Part shown: one piece after another, positions 1 through 7,659 of the stretch
How the letters are laid out: every line of letters starts with the position of its first letter
How positions within the stretch are numbered: the first letter of the stretch is position 1
Assembly: GCF_900100705.1 (NCBI RefSeq)
Contig: NZ_FNCH01000007.1
Location: 123,464-147,463 of the forward strand
Direction: 5' to 3'
DNA length: 24,000 nucleotides
DNA from: Pedobacter terrae
GTDB taxonomy: Bacteria > Bacteroidota > Bacteroidia > Sphingobacteriales > Sphingobacteriaceae
Program-made: the position numbers and the translations under genes
The notes under the pieces: generated by a model
The model's input: the letters and a program-made list of their open reading frames with translations, nothing else
What the model was told of the DNA's origin: nothing
The model's database searches: none

Positions 1-259
1 CTTTTACTCCATCATTGTTCAGATCTCCTGCTGCTTCTAAATCCATTTTGTAATTGGCCGGAACAAAATCTTTTATGGTATTACCGGTGCCCGGAAAAAC
101 AGGATCTGAGTTTGTGGGTTGTACTTGTGGAGAAACTTCCGTTTGGTGTACCACTGTATCAACAGGAAGTGTTTTTTTTCTGCTTTCTTTGTTTTGACAT
201 GCAGTAATTGTTAGCGTTATACCAAAAAACAGTGTTACTTTTTGAAGCGATTTCATCAT
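1..259 (-). CDS. Lipoprotein of unknown function, N-terminal part (gene continues beyond left edge)
   Basis: Not in the ORF track because it is truncated. Reverse-strand ATG at 259 (second ATG at 256) reads MMKSLQKVTLFFGITLTITACQNKESRKK...KMDLEAAGDLNNDGVK and stays open to position 1. It has a signal peptide with a lipobox-like ITAC. Confidence 0.5.
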   Translation of the reverse strand, partial: MMKSLQKVTLFFGITLTITACQNKESRKKTLPVDTVVHQTEVSPQVQPTNSDPVFPGTGNTIKDFVPANYKMDLEAAGDLNNDGVK

Positions 260-419
260 GATGTTTTGATTAGTACTTATTTTAGACGTTTTTCTTTAAG
301 CATTGCACTATCTTTTTTAAGGATCCGCATGTGTCTTTATTTTATAAATCAATACCAAAAACATAAGCTTAAATTAATATGGATTTTCCTTTTATCTGGT
401 TGGTTTATTAATGCCTTAT

Positions 420-959
420 TTATGGTAACTGATAATTCACTAAGCCTTCTTTTTTAAGCAATAAGCCCGAGCCTCTGGGCTTACCGTTTACCTTTTCGTA
501 ACCACTTGTTGCGCAATGGCATGGACCAACCGGTCCAAACATACCGTAATTGTATACTGCCATGAAGCTAAATCCTGAAAGTAAATAAGTTCTGTTTTTA
601 ATCACAAGGATAATCCGATCGTTAATGTCCAATTCTTTAAAAGGCATGATAAGCGTTTGAATTTCCCGGTCATCTTTACCTACAAAATTTATAGTGGTAT
701 CTTTAACAATGCGTTTGTCGCGCTGCAGATAAAAGTTAATCTTTTTTAATTCTTTGTTTGTAAAACCATTAACCATAATGTCAAAATTTCCCTGTACTGT
801 TTTTATCGTGTCGCAAACTTCTTTTTGGTAACGAATGGCTTCTTTCTTTTTACTGTAGCGGTTCCATGCTATGCTCCCCCAAATGAAACCGAAAAACAAA
901 AGAACAATTGCGATGAACACAGCAATCAATATCCCAATGATTTTAAATACTTTTTTCAT
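420..959 (-). CDS. Membrane-anchored hypothetical protein
   Basis: 179-aa ORF with an ATG start. The N-terminal hydrophobic helix IIGILIAVFIAIVLLFFGFIWG acts as a signal anchor. I recognise no domain. Confidence 0.6.
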   Translation of the reverse strand: MKKVFKIIGILIAVFIAIVLLFFGFIWGSIAWNRYSKKKEAIRYQKEVCDTIKTVQGNFDIMVNGFTNKELKKINFYLQRDKRIVKDTTINFVGKDDREIQTLIMPFKELDINDRIILVIKNRTYLLSGFSFMAVYNYGMFGPVGPCHCATSGYEKVNGKPRGSGLLLKKEGLVNYQLP

Positions 960-1089
960 TTGTTATTGGCCCGGGTTGATTATGCGTATTTTTAAATTAC
1001 AGATTAACCTTTGTAACGCATTCAATAAAATTTAAGAAGTCTTTATTGGTAAAGAAATAAATCTGTCATAGCAATTGTTTATGCTGTTT

Positions 1090-1803
1090 TTATTTAATGT
1101 AGACAAAAAGACCAGTTCGTAATGTTTTTAAATCATTGATGAAGGCTTTGTTGATCACAAAAAAATACCCATCGTGATGAGGTATTCGGTCCATGCTTTC
1201 AATGGTTCCTGCTTCTTTATCTATGCTAAGCTTTAGCGTGTTCTTTTCATCTTTGAAAATGGTCGAATAACGAAAAATTCTATCCTTTGCTTCCCACTCA
1301 TAAATGGTAAACTTGCTGATAAAACTGCCTTCTAATTTCTTAGATTTACCATAGTTATTAGTCAGTGCTGCAATAAAATCCTTCGCGTCTTTATCGGTAA
1401 TATCATCAACTTCGGCACCAATGGCTTTTATTTTTCCATCTAGGGATGCTGCTATACTTAACGAGCTGAATGATTGTTTATTTGCTATGGCTAAGGTGTC
1501 GCCACTTGACGAACTTTTTTGTCTATACTCTACACCAATTGCCCTTTGGTCTTTGGAAAACTCATTGATAAAAGTAGTATCCCGTTGCACCATCCTGGTT
1601 TCATCACCTACAGGTATATTAAAATAATTGTCCCATTGTTCACTTTTATATTTTTCAGGATATAAACTCGTTACCGGGGTGTTAAAGTTTATGTCTATTA
1701 AATTTAAAGGTGCTTGCCCGATAGGTTTCACCTGTCCCATACAGCCAGTAATTGCTGTAGATAGCAGAAAAGTGCAAAAGCTATGTTTAAAATGTTTTAC
1801 CAT
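1090..1803 (-). CDS. Hypothetical lipoprotein
   Basis: 237-aa ORF. The N-terminus FCTFLLSTAITGCMGQ is a signal peptide plus lipobox Cys. I recognise no domain. Confidence 0.65.
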   Translation of the reverse strand: MVKHFKHSFCTFLLSTAITGCMGQVKPIGQAPLNLIDINFNTPVTSLYPEKYKSEQWDNYFNIPVGDETRMVQRDTTFINEFSKDQRAIGVEYRQKSSSSGDTLAIANKQSFSSLSIAASLDGKIKAIGAEVDDITDKDAKDFIAALTNNYGKSKKLEGSFISKFTIYEWEAKDRIFRYSTIFKDEKNTLKLSIDKEAGTIESMDRIPHHDGYFFVINKAFINDLKTLRTGLFVYIK

Positions 1804-1815
1804 ACGATCTGAAAA

Positions 1816-2451
1816 TTAATTTAGCTTGTTTTTTAAAAATGCATCGGCCTCCACTTTTCCAAATTCTTTTTTATCCTCGTCCCATAAATAAGCTTTGTAA
1901 TAAACTTTTTTATCATCCTGGTTTTCTTTACAAACTCCGGCAATAAAAAGCCTGCTTTTCAGGTTGCCCATTGCTCTGTCTTCTGCGAAAAGACATGAGT
2001 TCTCTTCACCTAATGGTAAATCGTAAATTTTGCCGTCGCGAACATCAACCATAAAACCCATAATACAGCTTGCTCCACAACCAAATACGGAAACCACATA
2101 ATATCCCGCAAAATCAATCTCATTAGTTTTATAGGCTTCGGTAATTCGTGTTTTAAAATCTTTAGCTTCGGGATAACTTGTCCAGTCTATAGGTGCATAT
2201 TTAGTTACTTTTTCAGCATCTATCTGGTACCGCGCAAAATCAATGCTATCCTGATAATTGATGTGGACTTCTTCTTGCTGGACCTTTGGCAGCTCAACTG
2301 ATGGTGCTAAATTATTGGAGGTGTCAATCACAGCTGTTGCTGTGCTATCTGTACGACCAACTTCAACCGCTTTTTCGGTAGTTTGCTGATTATTACAAGA
2401 ATAAGTTAATACCGATAGAACTGCCAGTAAATATTTACCGATTTTTGTCAT
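1816..2451 (-). CDS. Hypothetical lipoprotein (Cys-containing C-terminal domain)
   Basis: 211-aa ORF. The N-terminus LLAVLSVLTYSCNN is a lipoprotein signal. It starts 12 nt after the downstream gene boundary, so it is probably co-transcribed with 1090-1803. Confidence 0.65.
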   Translation of the reverse strand: MTKIGKYLLAVLSVLTYSCNNQQTTEKAVEVGRTDSTATAVIDTSNNLAPSVELPKVQQEEVHINYQDSIDFARYQIDAEKVTKYAPIDWTSYPEAKDFKTRITEAYKTNEIDFAGYYVVSVFGCGASCIMGFMVDVRDGKIYDLPLGEENSCLFAEDRAMGNLKSRLFIAGVCKENQDDKKVYYKAYLWDEDKKEFGKVEADAFLKNKLN

Positions 2452-2688
2452 GAGCTGAAAACATTAATTAAGATATGTTATTAACATATTTCCCCTTATT
2501 TGGTTTAACGAAATTTAGCCTTTGCCAAATTTACACTTGCTTAAAAATTGAAATCCCTTTGTTTAAAATTCAATCAAAAACCATTTATTGATTTAGCTTT
2601 TGATCATAAATTAGCTTTTGCCACCTTAATAATCAAATAATTGCGCTGATATTAAACCCATTCGAGAAAGGGTTTTCATGATTTTGCT

Positions 2689-3342
2689 TTACCCGGCAAT
2701 ATCTATTCTCTTAAACTTTAGATATTTACCATCGATAACAGTGAAACTGTAAATAATATTATATTCACCCTCACTTACACGATTGCCTTCCTCGTCTGTG
2801 CCATTATTGGCATAAGCCAGATTGAAACTTAATACCTTACTGGTCGCATTGTATTCTGCAATCAGTTTATATATATGATCGGCTGTTGTAACTTCTGTCG
2901 TTTCATTATAGTGTGTTGCATACAACTTATCAGATTTAATTTTCAATAACATTTTAACAAAATCGGCATTGAAAATCCTGTTATAATATTGTTCCAGATC
3001 TTGCTCGTAAAATAGATCTGCATTTTTGAATTTGCTTTTTCTTGCCTGTATTTCTGCTTCGGTTAAATTGCATAAGCTCCAAATGGCGGCGCCATCGTCA
3101 GAAACGGGGAAATCAAAATAAGTCTTCAGTTTTTTGAGATCCTTTAAATGCAGGGTTTCCCTAAAATTTTTGAAGTCATCTAACCAATTCTTTACTTCAA
3201 CATCGTTTTCTTTTGGTGGGATAATATTGACACTGTCAGAGATTTTGGTTTGCGAAACCAGCTTATCTTCCGCTTTTTTGGGTGTGTTATTACAGGCAGA
3301 TAACAATAGGATGGAGGCGAAAATTAGATATACATGTTTCAT
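2689..3342 (-). CDS. Hypothetical lipoprotein
   Basis: 217-aa ORF. The N-terminus IFASILLLSACNN is a lipoprotein signal. I recognise no domain. Confidence 0.65.
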   Translation of the reverse strand: MKHVYLIFASILLLSACNNTPKKAEDKLVSQTKISDSVNIIPPKENDVEVKNWLDDFKNFRETLHLKDLKKLKTYFDFPVSDDGAAIWSLCNLTEAEIQARKSKFKNADLFYEQDLEQYYNRIFNADFVKMLLKIKSDKLYATHYNETTEVTTADHIYKLIAEYNATSKVLSFNLAYANNGTDEEGNRVSEGEYNIIYSFTVIDGKYLKFKRIDIAG

Positions 3343-3793
3343 ACAATAGCGCTGTTAATTTTGTTTTATGATATGGAAACCTTTGTATACGTTAACGCTA
3401 AAAAGGCATAATGGTTTTGATAAAGATGTTGCTTTAGAAAAACTGTTTTAGATGTATCGCTTTCTATCTAAGCAGATGCACCAGATTAGCCCGGAATGAA
3501 GCGATCCGTAGCGGGATTAGATATAAGGGTATAATTGCTAAATCATGACAGCGTAATTTACTGACTTTAGCGCGTGCTTTATTGTAGGTTGAGCCGCTTC
3601 AGCAACTCTTTAAACACAGATTATGTAAGTGTATTGCTATTAGATGGTATAGAAATCAAATGTATGGTGTGGTGTATATACCAACGCTAGGTGATAGCGT
3701 AAAGCCATACAACTTTCAATTGTGCATTTGCTCATTTTAGCCCTTGCTAATAAACATTAAGGCCAGGCTAGCCATAGAACATTATTTAAATGG

Positions 3794-4207
3794 TTATTCC
3801 AGGCAATGACGAAGATTTTGGCCCAATATCATTTTCCACCCCTGCTCGAATCGATGATAAGAAAACTGCGGGGCAGCCGGAAAACTGGCCAGGCCCGTAT
3901 GCGTAAGCTTAAGGATGGTGCCCTCGCTGCTAACGGATAATTCGAAGGTAACTTCCGAGTTGCCAGGATAACCTTTATATTTCCAACTGTGTGCGATCAA
4001 ATGATTGTTTCTCAAATTGGTTACTTCCCATTCCTTCTGGTAGGCCGAACCGTCATCGGTAAACCTAAATGCTGTACCGATTTTTGGTTGGAAGTATTGG
4101 ATTTGCGGGAAATACCATTCCTTCATTAGTTTTATATCAGTTAATGCTTTCCAAACCGCTGCCAAAGGAGCATTGTACACCTGTACTATTTCAATAGAAT
4201 CATTCAT
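3794..4207 (-). CDS. SRPBCC-superfamily protein (AHSA1/START-like)
   Basis: 137 aa. The N-terminal block IEIVQVYNAPLAAVWKALTDIKLMKEWYFP and the overall size are typical of Activator-of-Hsp90-ATPase-homolog-1-like SRPBCC proteins. It is divergent from an HxlR regulator gene. Confidence 0.75.
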   Translation of the reverse strand: MNDSIEIVQVYNAPLAAVWKALTDIKLMKEWYFPQIQYFQPKIGTAFRFTDDGSAYQKEWEVTNLRNNHLIAHSWKYKGYPGNSEVTFELSVSSEGTILKLTHTGLASFPAAPQFSYHRFEQGWKMILGQNLRHCLE

Positions 4208-4262
4208 ATCGCAAAGTTACTGCTCGCATGGAAAAAGCGCTTTCAAAACCTGTTAAAAATTA

Positions 4263-4278
4263 GTATCTTTAAGGATAC
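4263..4278. promoter_or_regulatory. Candidate HxlR operator: GTATC-N6-GATAC
   Basis: GTATCTTTAAGGATAC has 5-bp inverted arms with a TTAA-centred spacer. It lies in the 124-bp divergent region between the SRPBCC and HxlR genes. Confidence 0.35.
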
Positions 4279-4331
4279 CAAATTGGTTTATAATTGTAAT
4301 CTAAAGAGAGATACACAATTAAAATTATAAC

Positions 4332-4682
4332 ATGAAAAATAAAGAAAAACATTTGCTTTACCGGGATGTACAGGATGCGTTGGAACTGATTGGGGGGCGT
4401 TGGCGGGGTGCTATAATGGCTTCTTTATGTAATGATCCGAAACGTTTCACGGAACTTAAAAAGGACCTTGAGCCCATTACTTCACGAACCCTGACCAAGG
4501 AGCTCCGTTATCTGGAGCAAAACAGGTTGATTATAGCTGTTCGCGGAAGCCAGGCCAAAAATGCGGTATGCTATTCCCATTCTGAACACGGGAGTAGTTT
4601 CGCGCCATTGATCTTGCAGCTCCGCGAATGGGCTATAAAACATCGGACAATTATGCTTGAGGTATTAAAATTTGACCAGTAA
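4332..4682 (+). CDS. HxlR (DUF24) family transcriptional regulator
   Basis: 116 aa. Carries LELIGGRWRGAIMASL...PKRFTELKKDLEPITSRTLTKELRYLEQNRLI, the canonical HxlR winged-helix signature. Confidence 0.85.
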   Translation: MKNKEKHLLYRDVQDALELIGGRWRGAIMASLCNDPKRFTELKKDLEPITSRTLTKELRYLEQNRLIIAVRGSQAKNAVCYSHSEHGSSFAPLILQLREWAIKHRTIMLEVLKFDQ

Positions 4683-4813
4683 TTTTAGCTTTGAATTTAT
4701 TCAGTTTTTAGAACTAATTACTAAAAGACCCAATACTCCCAAATTTTGTAGCTTCATTGTCTCATCCAGAAAACTTTAAAACGTAAAAGAGCATGGCGAC
4801 AGATTTTCAAAAA

Positions 4814-5203
4814 CTATTTTACCACTGTTGCTTCAAGTTCAATTTTTAGTGTTTCAAAAAGACTTTTTACCTCCAGTACAGTAGAAGCTTGTTTGATATT
4901 ATTTTTATTTATCCAATTTTGAATGACGTCGAAATTTTCGAATAATTCTGAGCTTGAAGTGGTATAAATATTTAACCTGACCACGTTCTTCAATTCATAA
5001 TCTGCTTCATGAATAACTTTTTCTAAATTTTGAATGGTATGGATGATTTGCGAACGCATATCTTCATCGCTTGATACGCCTTGATCACTTATCGCAGTTT
5101 GACCGGAAACATATAGCGTACCTGCTGCATTTTTTACTTCTACCGCTTGTGCATAACTTCTGGCATCTTGCCAGGTCCAGGGATTGATAATGTTTTTTTG
5201 CAT
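4814..5203 (-). CDS. RidA/YjgF/UK114 family protein
   Basis: The track ORF (to 5278) begins at a GTG. I prefer the ATG at 5203 (MQKNIINPWTW...). The 25 extra codons are not RidA-like and would bury a CRP-type palindrome at 5264-5279. The GTLYVSGQTA motif and the C-terminal LEVKSL...ELEATVV fit the RidA fold. Confidence 0.8.
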   Translation of the reverse strand: MQKNIINPWTWQDARSYAQAVEVKNAAGTLYVSGQTAISDQGVSSDEDMRSQIIHTIQNLEKVIHEADYELKNVVRLNIYTTSSSELFENFDVIQNWINKNNIKQASTVLEVKSLFETLKIELEATVVK

Positions 5204-5263
5204 AATAAAACTATTTGATAAATTTCTTACCTGCAAAATTCCCACTACTTTTTTTAATTCGGC

Positions 5264-5279
5264 TGTGACCGGGATCACT
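5264..5279. promoter_or_regulatory. CRP/FNR-type palindrome TGTGA-N6-TCACT
   Basis: TGTGACCGGGATCACT matches 9 of the 10 core positions of the classical TGTGA-N6-TCACA box. It lies between the Crp-like gene stop (5281) and the preferred RidA start (5203). Its centre is about 34 bp upstream of a partial -7 box (GAATTTTG on the minus strand, 5234-5241). Confidence 0.45.
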
Positions 5280-5280
5280 T

Positions 5281-5850
5281 TTATCTTTTAGCTTTATACA
5301 GCCTGCTCAATGTCTCTCTCGAAACCCCAAGGTACAGTGCAAGTATGGATTTTGGAACTCTTTGCCCAAGCAATGGATATACCTGTAGAAATTGTTCATA
5401 GCGCTGTTTTGGATTTAGTGTGAGCAGTGATAAAATCCTTTTCTGACTGGCAATATGTCCCCTTATTGATTTGTCTAAAAAATAGTCTGAGAGTCTGTAT
5501 TTATTCAAAATCAGAAAGTAATCATCAAAACTCAAACCGTATACCGCTGTATCTTCAAGGCATTGTAGTCTTAACGTAGCTTTAGTTTGATGATAAAAGG
5601 CAGAGAAGTCTGTTTCCCACCAGTTTTCAAAAGCAAATGACAAAATAAATTCATTAGCATCATTATCGAAATAAGATAGTTTTACTAAGCCCGACGAGAT
5701 AAAATAAATGTACCGAACTGCAGCATCTTCTTTTATAATAAACTCCTTTTTCAAATATTTCTGATAGAAAAAAACACTTTTAAGTTCATTAAATTCAGCC
5801 TCCGTCAGTTTTGTGAACATGTCAACATCGTTTTTTAAAAAAGGCACCAT
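5281..5850 (-). CDS. Crp/Fnr family transcriptional regulator
   Basis: 189 aa. An N-terminal cNMP-binding-like beta-barrel region is followed by a C-terminal HTH (SILALYLGVSRETLSRLYK). An alternative start exists at Met11 (5820). Confidence 0.8.
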   Translation of the reverse strand: MVPFLKNDVDMFTKLTEAEFNELKSVFFYQKYLKKEFIIKEDAAVRYIYFISSGLVKLSYFDNDANEFILSFAFENWWETDFSAFYHQTKATLRLQCLEDTAVYGLSFDDYFLILNKYRLSDYFLDKSIRGHIASQKRILSLLTLNPKQRYEQFLQVYPLLGQRVPKSILALYLGVSRETLSRLYKAKR

Positions 5851-6097
5851 AAGCTGTTTAAAAGTTTAAAGATATTACATAATTTATTTATCATGCTGAT
5901 GTGCCCATACCTATACACACAACAAAGCGCATAAAAACTTCAATGTAGTTATTGACTGTTACATTCTTTTATTTTGTTTGCTGACGCAAGTCAATTCGAT
6001 TACCTTTACAATCTTTTATTCCGGTTTATGATAAATCCAGACCAATTAAACAAATATCTTTAAGAAATTATTAAGTACATTTAATGCCGAATCAGAT

Positions 6098-6658
6098 ATG
6101 CAGGAACTTAAAAATTTGATACGTTCCAGCGTTGGGTTGGAGGAAGAAGATCTTCAGAAGATTTTAGGGCATTTCACTTTAAAAACACTGCAAAAAAGTC
6201 AATTATTACTAAAACGCGGCCAAATCGCTTCACACTATTATTTTTTAAACAAAGGAGCGCTTCGCTTTTTCTATAACGATGATCAGGAACTTACAGCCTG
6301 GATTGTGCAGCCGGGAGAGTTTTTCGCTGAAATTTCCAGCCTGAGTCCGGGATTGCCTTCACGGTTCAATATTGAGGCAGTTGTAGATACTGAACTATAC
6401 TCTATCCATAAAAATGATATGGATTTGCTTTACAAACAAATTCCAGCCTGGCAGGAGTTTGGCCGAAAACTCTGGGAAGGTATGGCGGTGCGCATGATCA
6501 GCGAGATCATCAGCTTCCAAACCATGACTGTAGAGGAACGTTACCTGGCATTTCTACAAAAGCCGGGCTTCATGCAATTTATTTCTGTAAAGCAACTGGC
6601 TTCTTACCTCGGCATTACACCAAATGCCCTAAGTCGTATCCGTAAAAATCTTCGCTAA
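6098..6658 (+). CDS. Crp/Fnr family transcriptional regulator
   Basis: 186 aa with the same architecture as 5281-5850. C-terminal HTH is QLASYLGITPNALSRIRKN. Confidence 0.8.
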   Translation: MQELKNLIRSSVGLEEEDLQKILGHFTLKTLQKSQLLLKRGQIASHYYFLNKGALRFFYNDDQELTAWIVQPGEFFAEISSLSPGLPSRFNIEAVVDTELYSIHKNDMDLLYKQIPAWQEFGRKLWEGMAVRMISEIISFQTMTVEERYLAFLQKPGFMQFISVKQLASYLGITPNALSRIRKNLR

Positions 6659-6667
6659 TTGCATTAT

Positions 6668-6681
6668 CTACCAAATGGTAG
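6668..6681. promoter_or_regulatory. Palindrome CTACCA-AA-TGGTAG upstream of the NmrA/hydrolase operon
   Basis: A perfect 6-bp-arm palindrome lies 10 nt after the Crp-like gene stop. Its centre is 33 bp upstream of the centre of a consensus -7 box, TAGCTTTG (6704-6711), and the NmrA ATG is at 6733. Confidence 0.35.
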
Positions 6682-6732
6682 TTCGATTGACTTCTCAGCG
6701 GCATAGCTTTGTGAACTCAATAAGAAAGAACA

Positions 6733-7659
6733 ATGAATAATATGATTTTAGTTGCAGGCGCGACCGGCGACCTGGGTGGCAGATTATGCAAACACTTAAT
6801 CAAAAATGGCGCTGGTGTACGGGCCTTGGTGAGAGAAGAAAGTGATCAGGAGAAAATAAATGAACTGCGTGAATTAGGAGTGGAGGTTATAGCGGTTCGT
6901 TTTGAAGATGAAGCTGGCTTGGTATCGGCGTGTAAAGGTGTTTCTTGTGTGGTATCGGTACTTGCAGGCTTGCGCGAGGTGATTGTAACGGCACAAAGCC
7001 AATTGCTTCAGGCTGCGGTACAAGCGGGCGTTCCACGCTTTATTCCATCCGATTTTTGTACAGATTTTACTCAATTACAACAAGGCGAGAACAGGAATTT
7101 TGACCTGCGTAAGGAGTTTCAGTCCGTCCTGGAGACCAGTAATATCCGGGCTACTTCCGTATTCAACGGTGCTTTTGCCTATGTTTTGCAGTATAATATT
7201 CCGCTCCTGGATACAAAAGCGAAGACCATTACCTACTATTCAGGAAAAGCAGATTGGCAGATCGACTTCACCACAGTAGAAGATACGGCTGCTTTTACTG
7301 CGTACGCTGCATTAGATGATACTGCGCCGCGATTTCTCCGTATTGCAGGCTTCCAGATTAGTCCGAATGAACTGGCAGCGCTCACCGGACATGTTTTTGG
7401 TGAACATTTTGAATTAAAAGAACAAGGTACGCTGGAACACTTTTCGGCTTACATTCAAAAGTTAAGGACGGAAAATCCCGATGGAGAAAACCAGCTATAC
7501 CCGCAATGGCAGCAGATGCAATATCTCTACAGTATGTTTGCGGCACATCATCATACACTTGACAACGACCGGTATACTGGCTTAAGCTGGCAAGCGGCAG
7601 AAACAATACTTAACGAAATAAACAACAACAAAATAGCACAAAATGGAACAGGTATATAG
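6733..7659 (+). CDS. NmrA-family NAD(P)-binding protein (isoflavone-reductase-like)
   Basis: 308 aa. N-terminal Rossmann motif ILVAGATGDLGG. Length and the FIPSDF block are typical of NmrA/PCBER-like proteins. Confidence 0.8.
   Translation: MNNMILVAGATGDLGGRLCKHLIKNGAGVRALVREESDQEKINELRELGVEVIAVRFEDEAGLVSACKGVSCVVSVLAGLREVIVTAQSQLLQAAVQAGVPRFIPSDFCTDFTQLQQGENRNFDLRKEFQSVLETSNIRATSVFNGAFAYVLQYNIPLLDTKAKTITYYSGKADWQIDFTTVEDTAAFTAYAALDDTAPRFLRIAGFQISPNELAALTGHVFGEHFELKEQGTLEHFSAYIQKLRTENPDGENQLYPQWQQMQYLYSMFAAHHHTLDNDRYTGLSWQAAETILNEINNNKIAQNGTGI

Noticed and set aside
3498-3530. The segment AGCCCGGAATGAAGCGATCCGTAGCGGGATT vaguely resembles GC-rich dispersed repeat fragments I associate with Sphingobacteriaceae intergenic DNA.
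   Set aside because: The resemblance is from memory only, the segment is short, and there is no second copy in this window. I cannot support it without a genome-wide repeat search.
3661-3711. Possibility that the nested three-helix motif is a tRNA or tRNA fragment.
   Set aside because: It is only about 51 nt long. It has no T-loop GTTCxAxxC, no D-loop features and no acceptor/CCA geometry. I keep it only as an unexplained structure in the findings.
5951-5995. The inverted repeat ATTGACT-N31-AGTCAAT and the inner TGAC-N4-GTCA lie between the two divergent Crp-like genes. A related TCGATTGAC lies at 6684-6692.
   Set aside because: The arms are short, the spacer is long and the DNA is AT-rich. 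No consistent positioning relative to a -7 box could be established, so this is plausibly chance.
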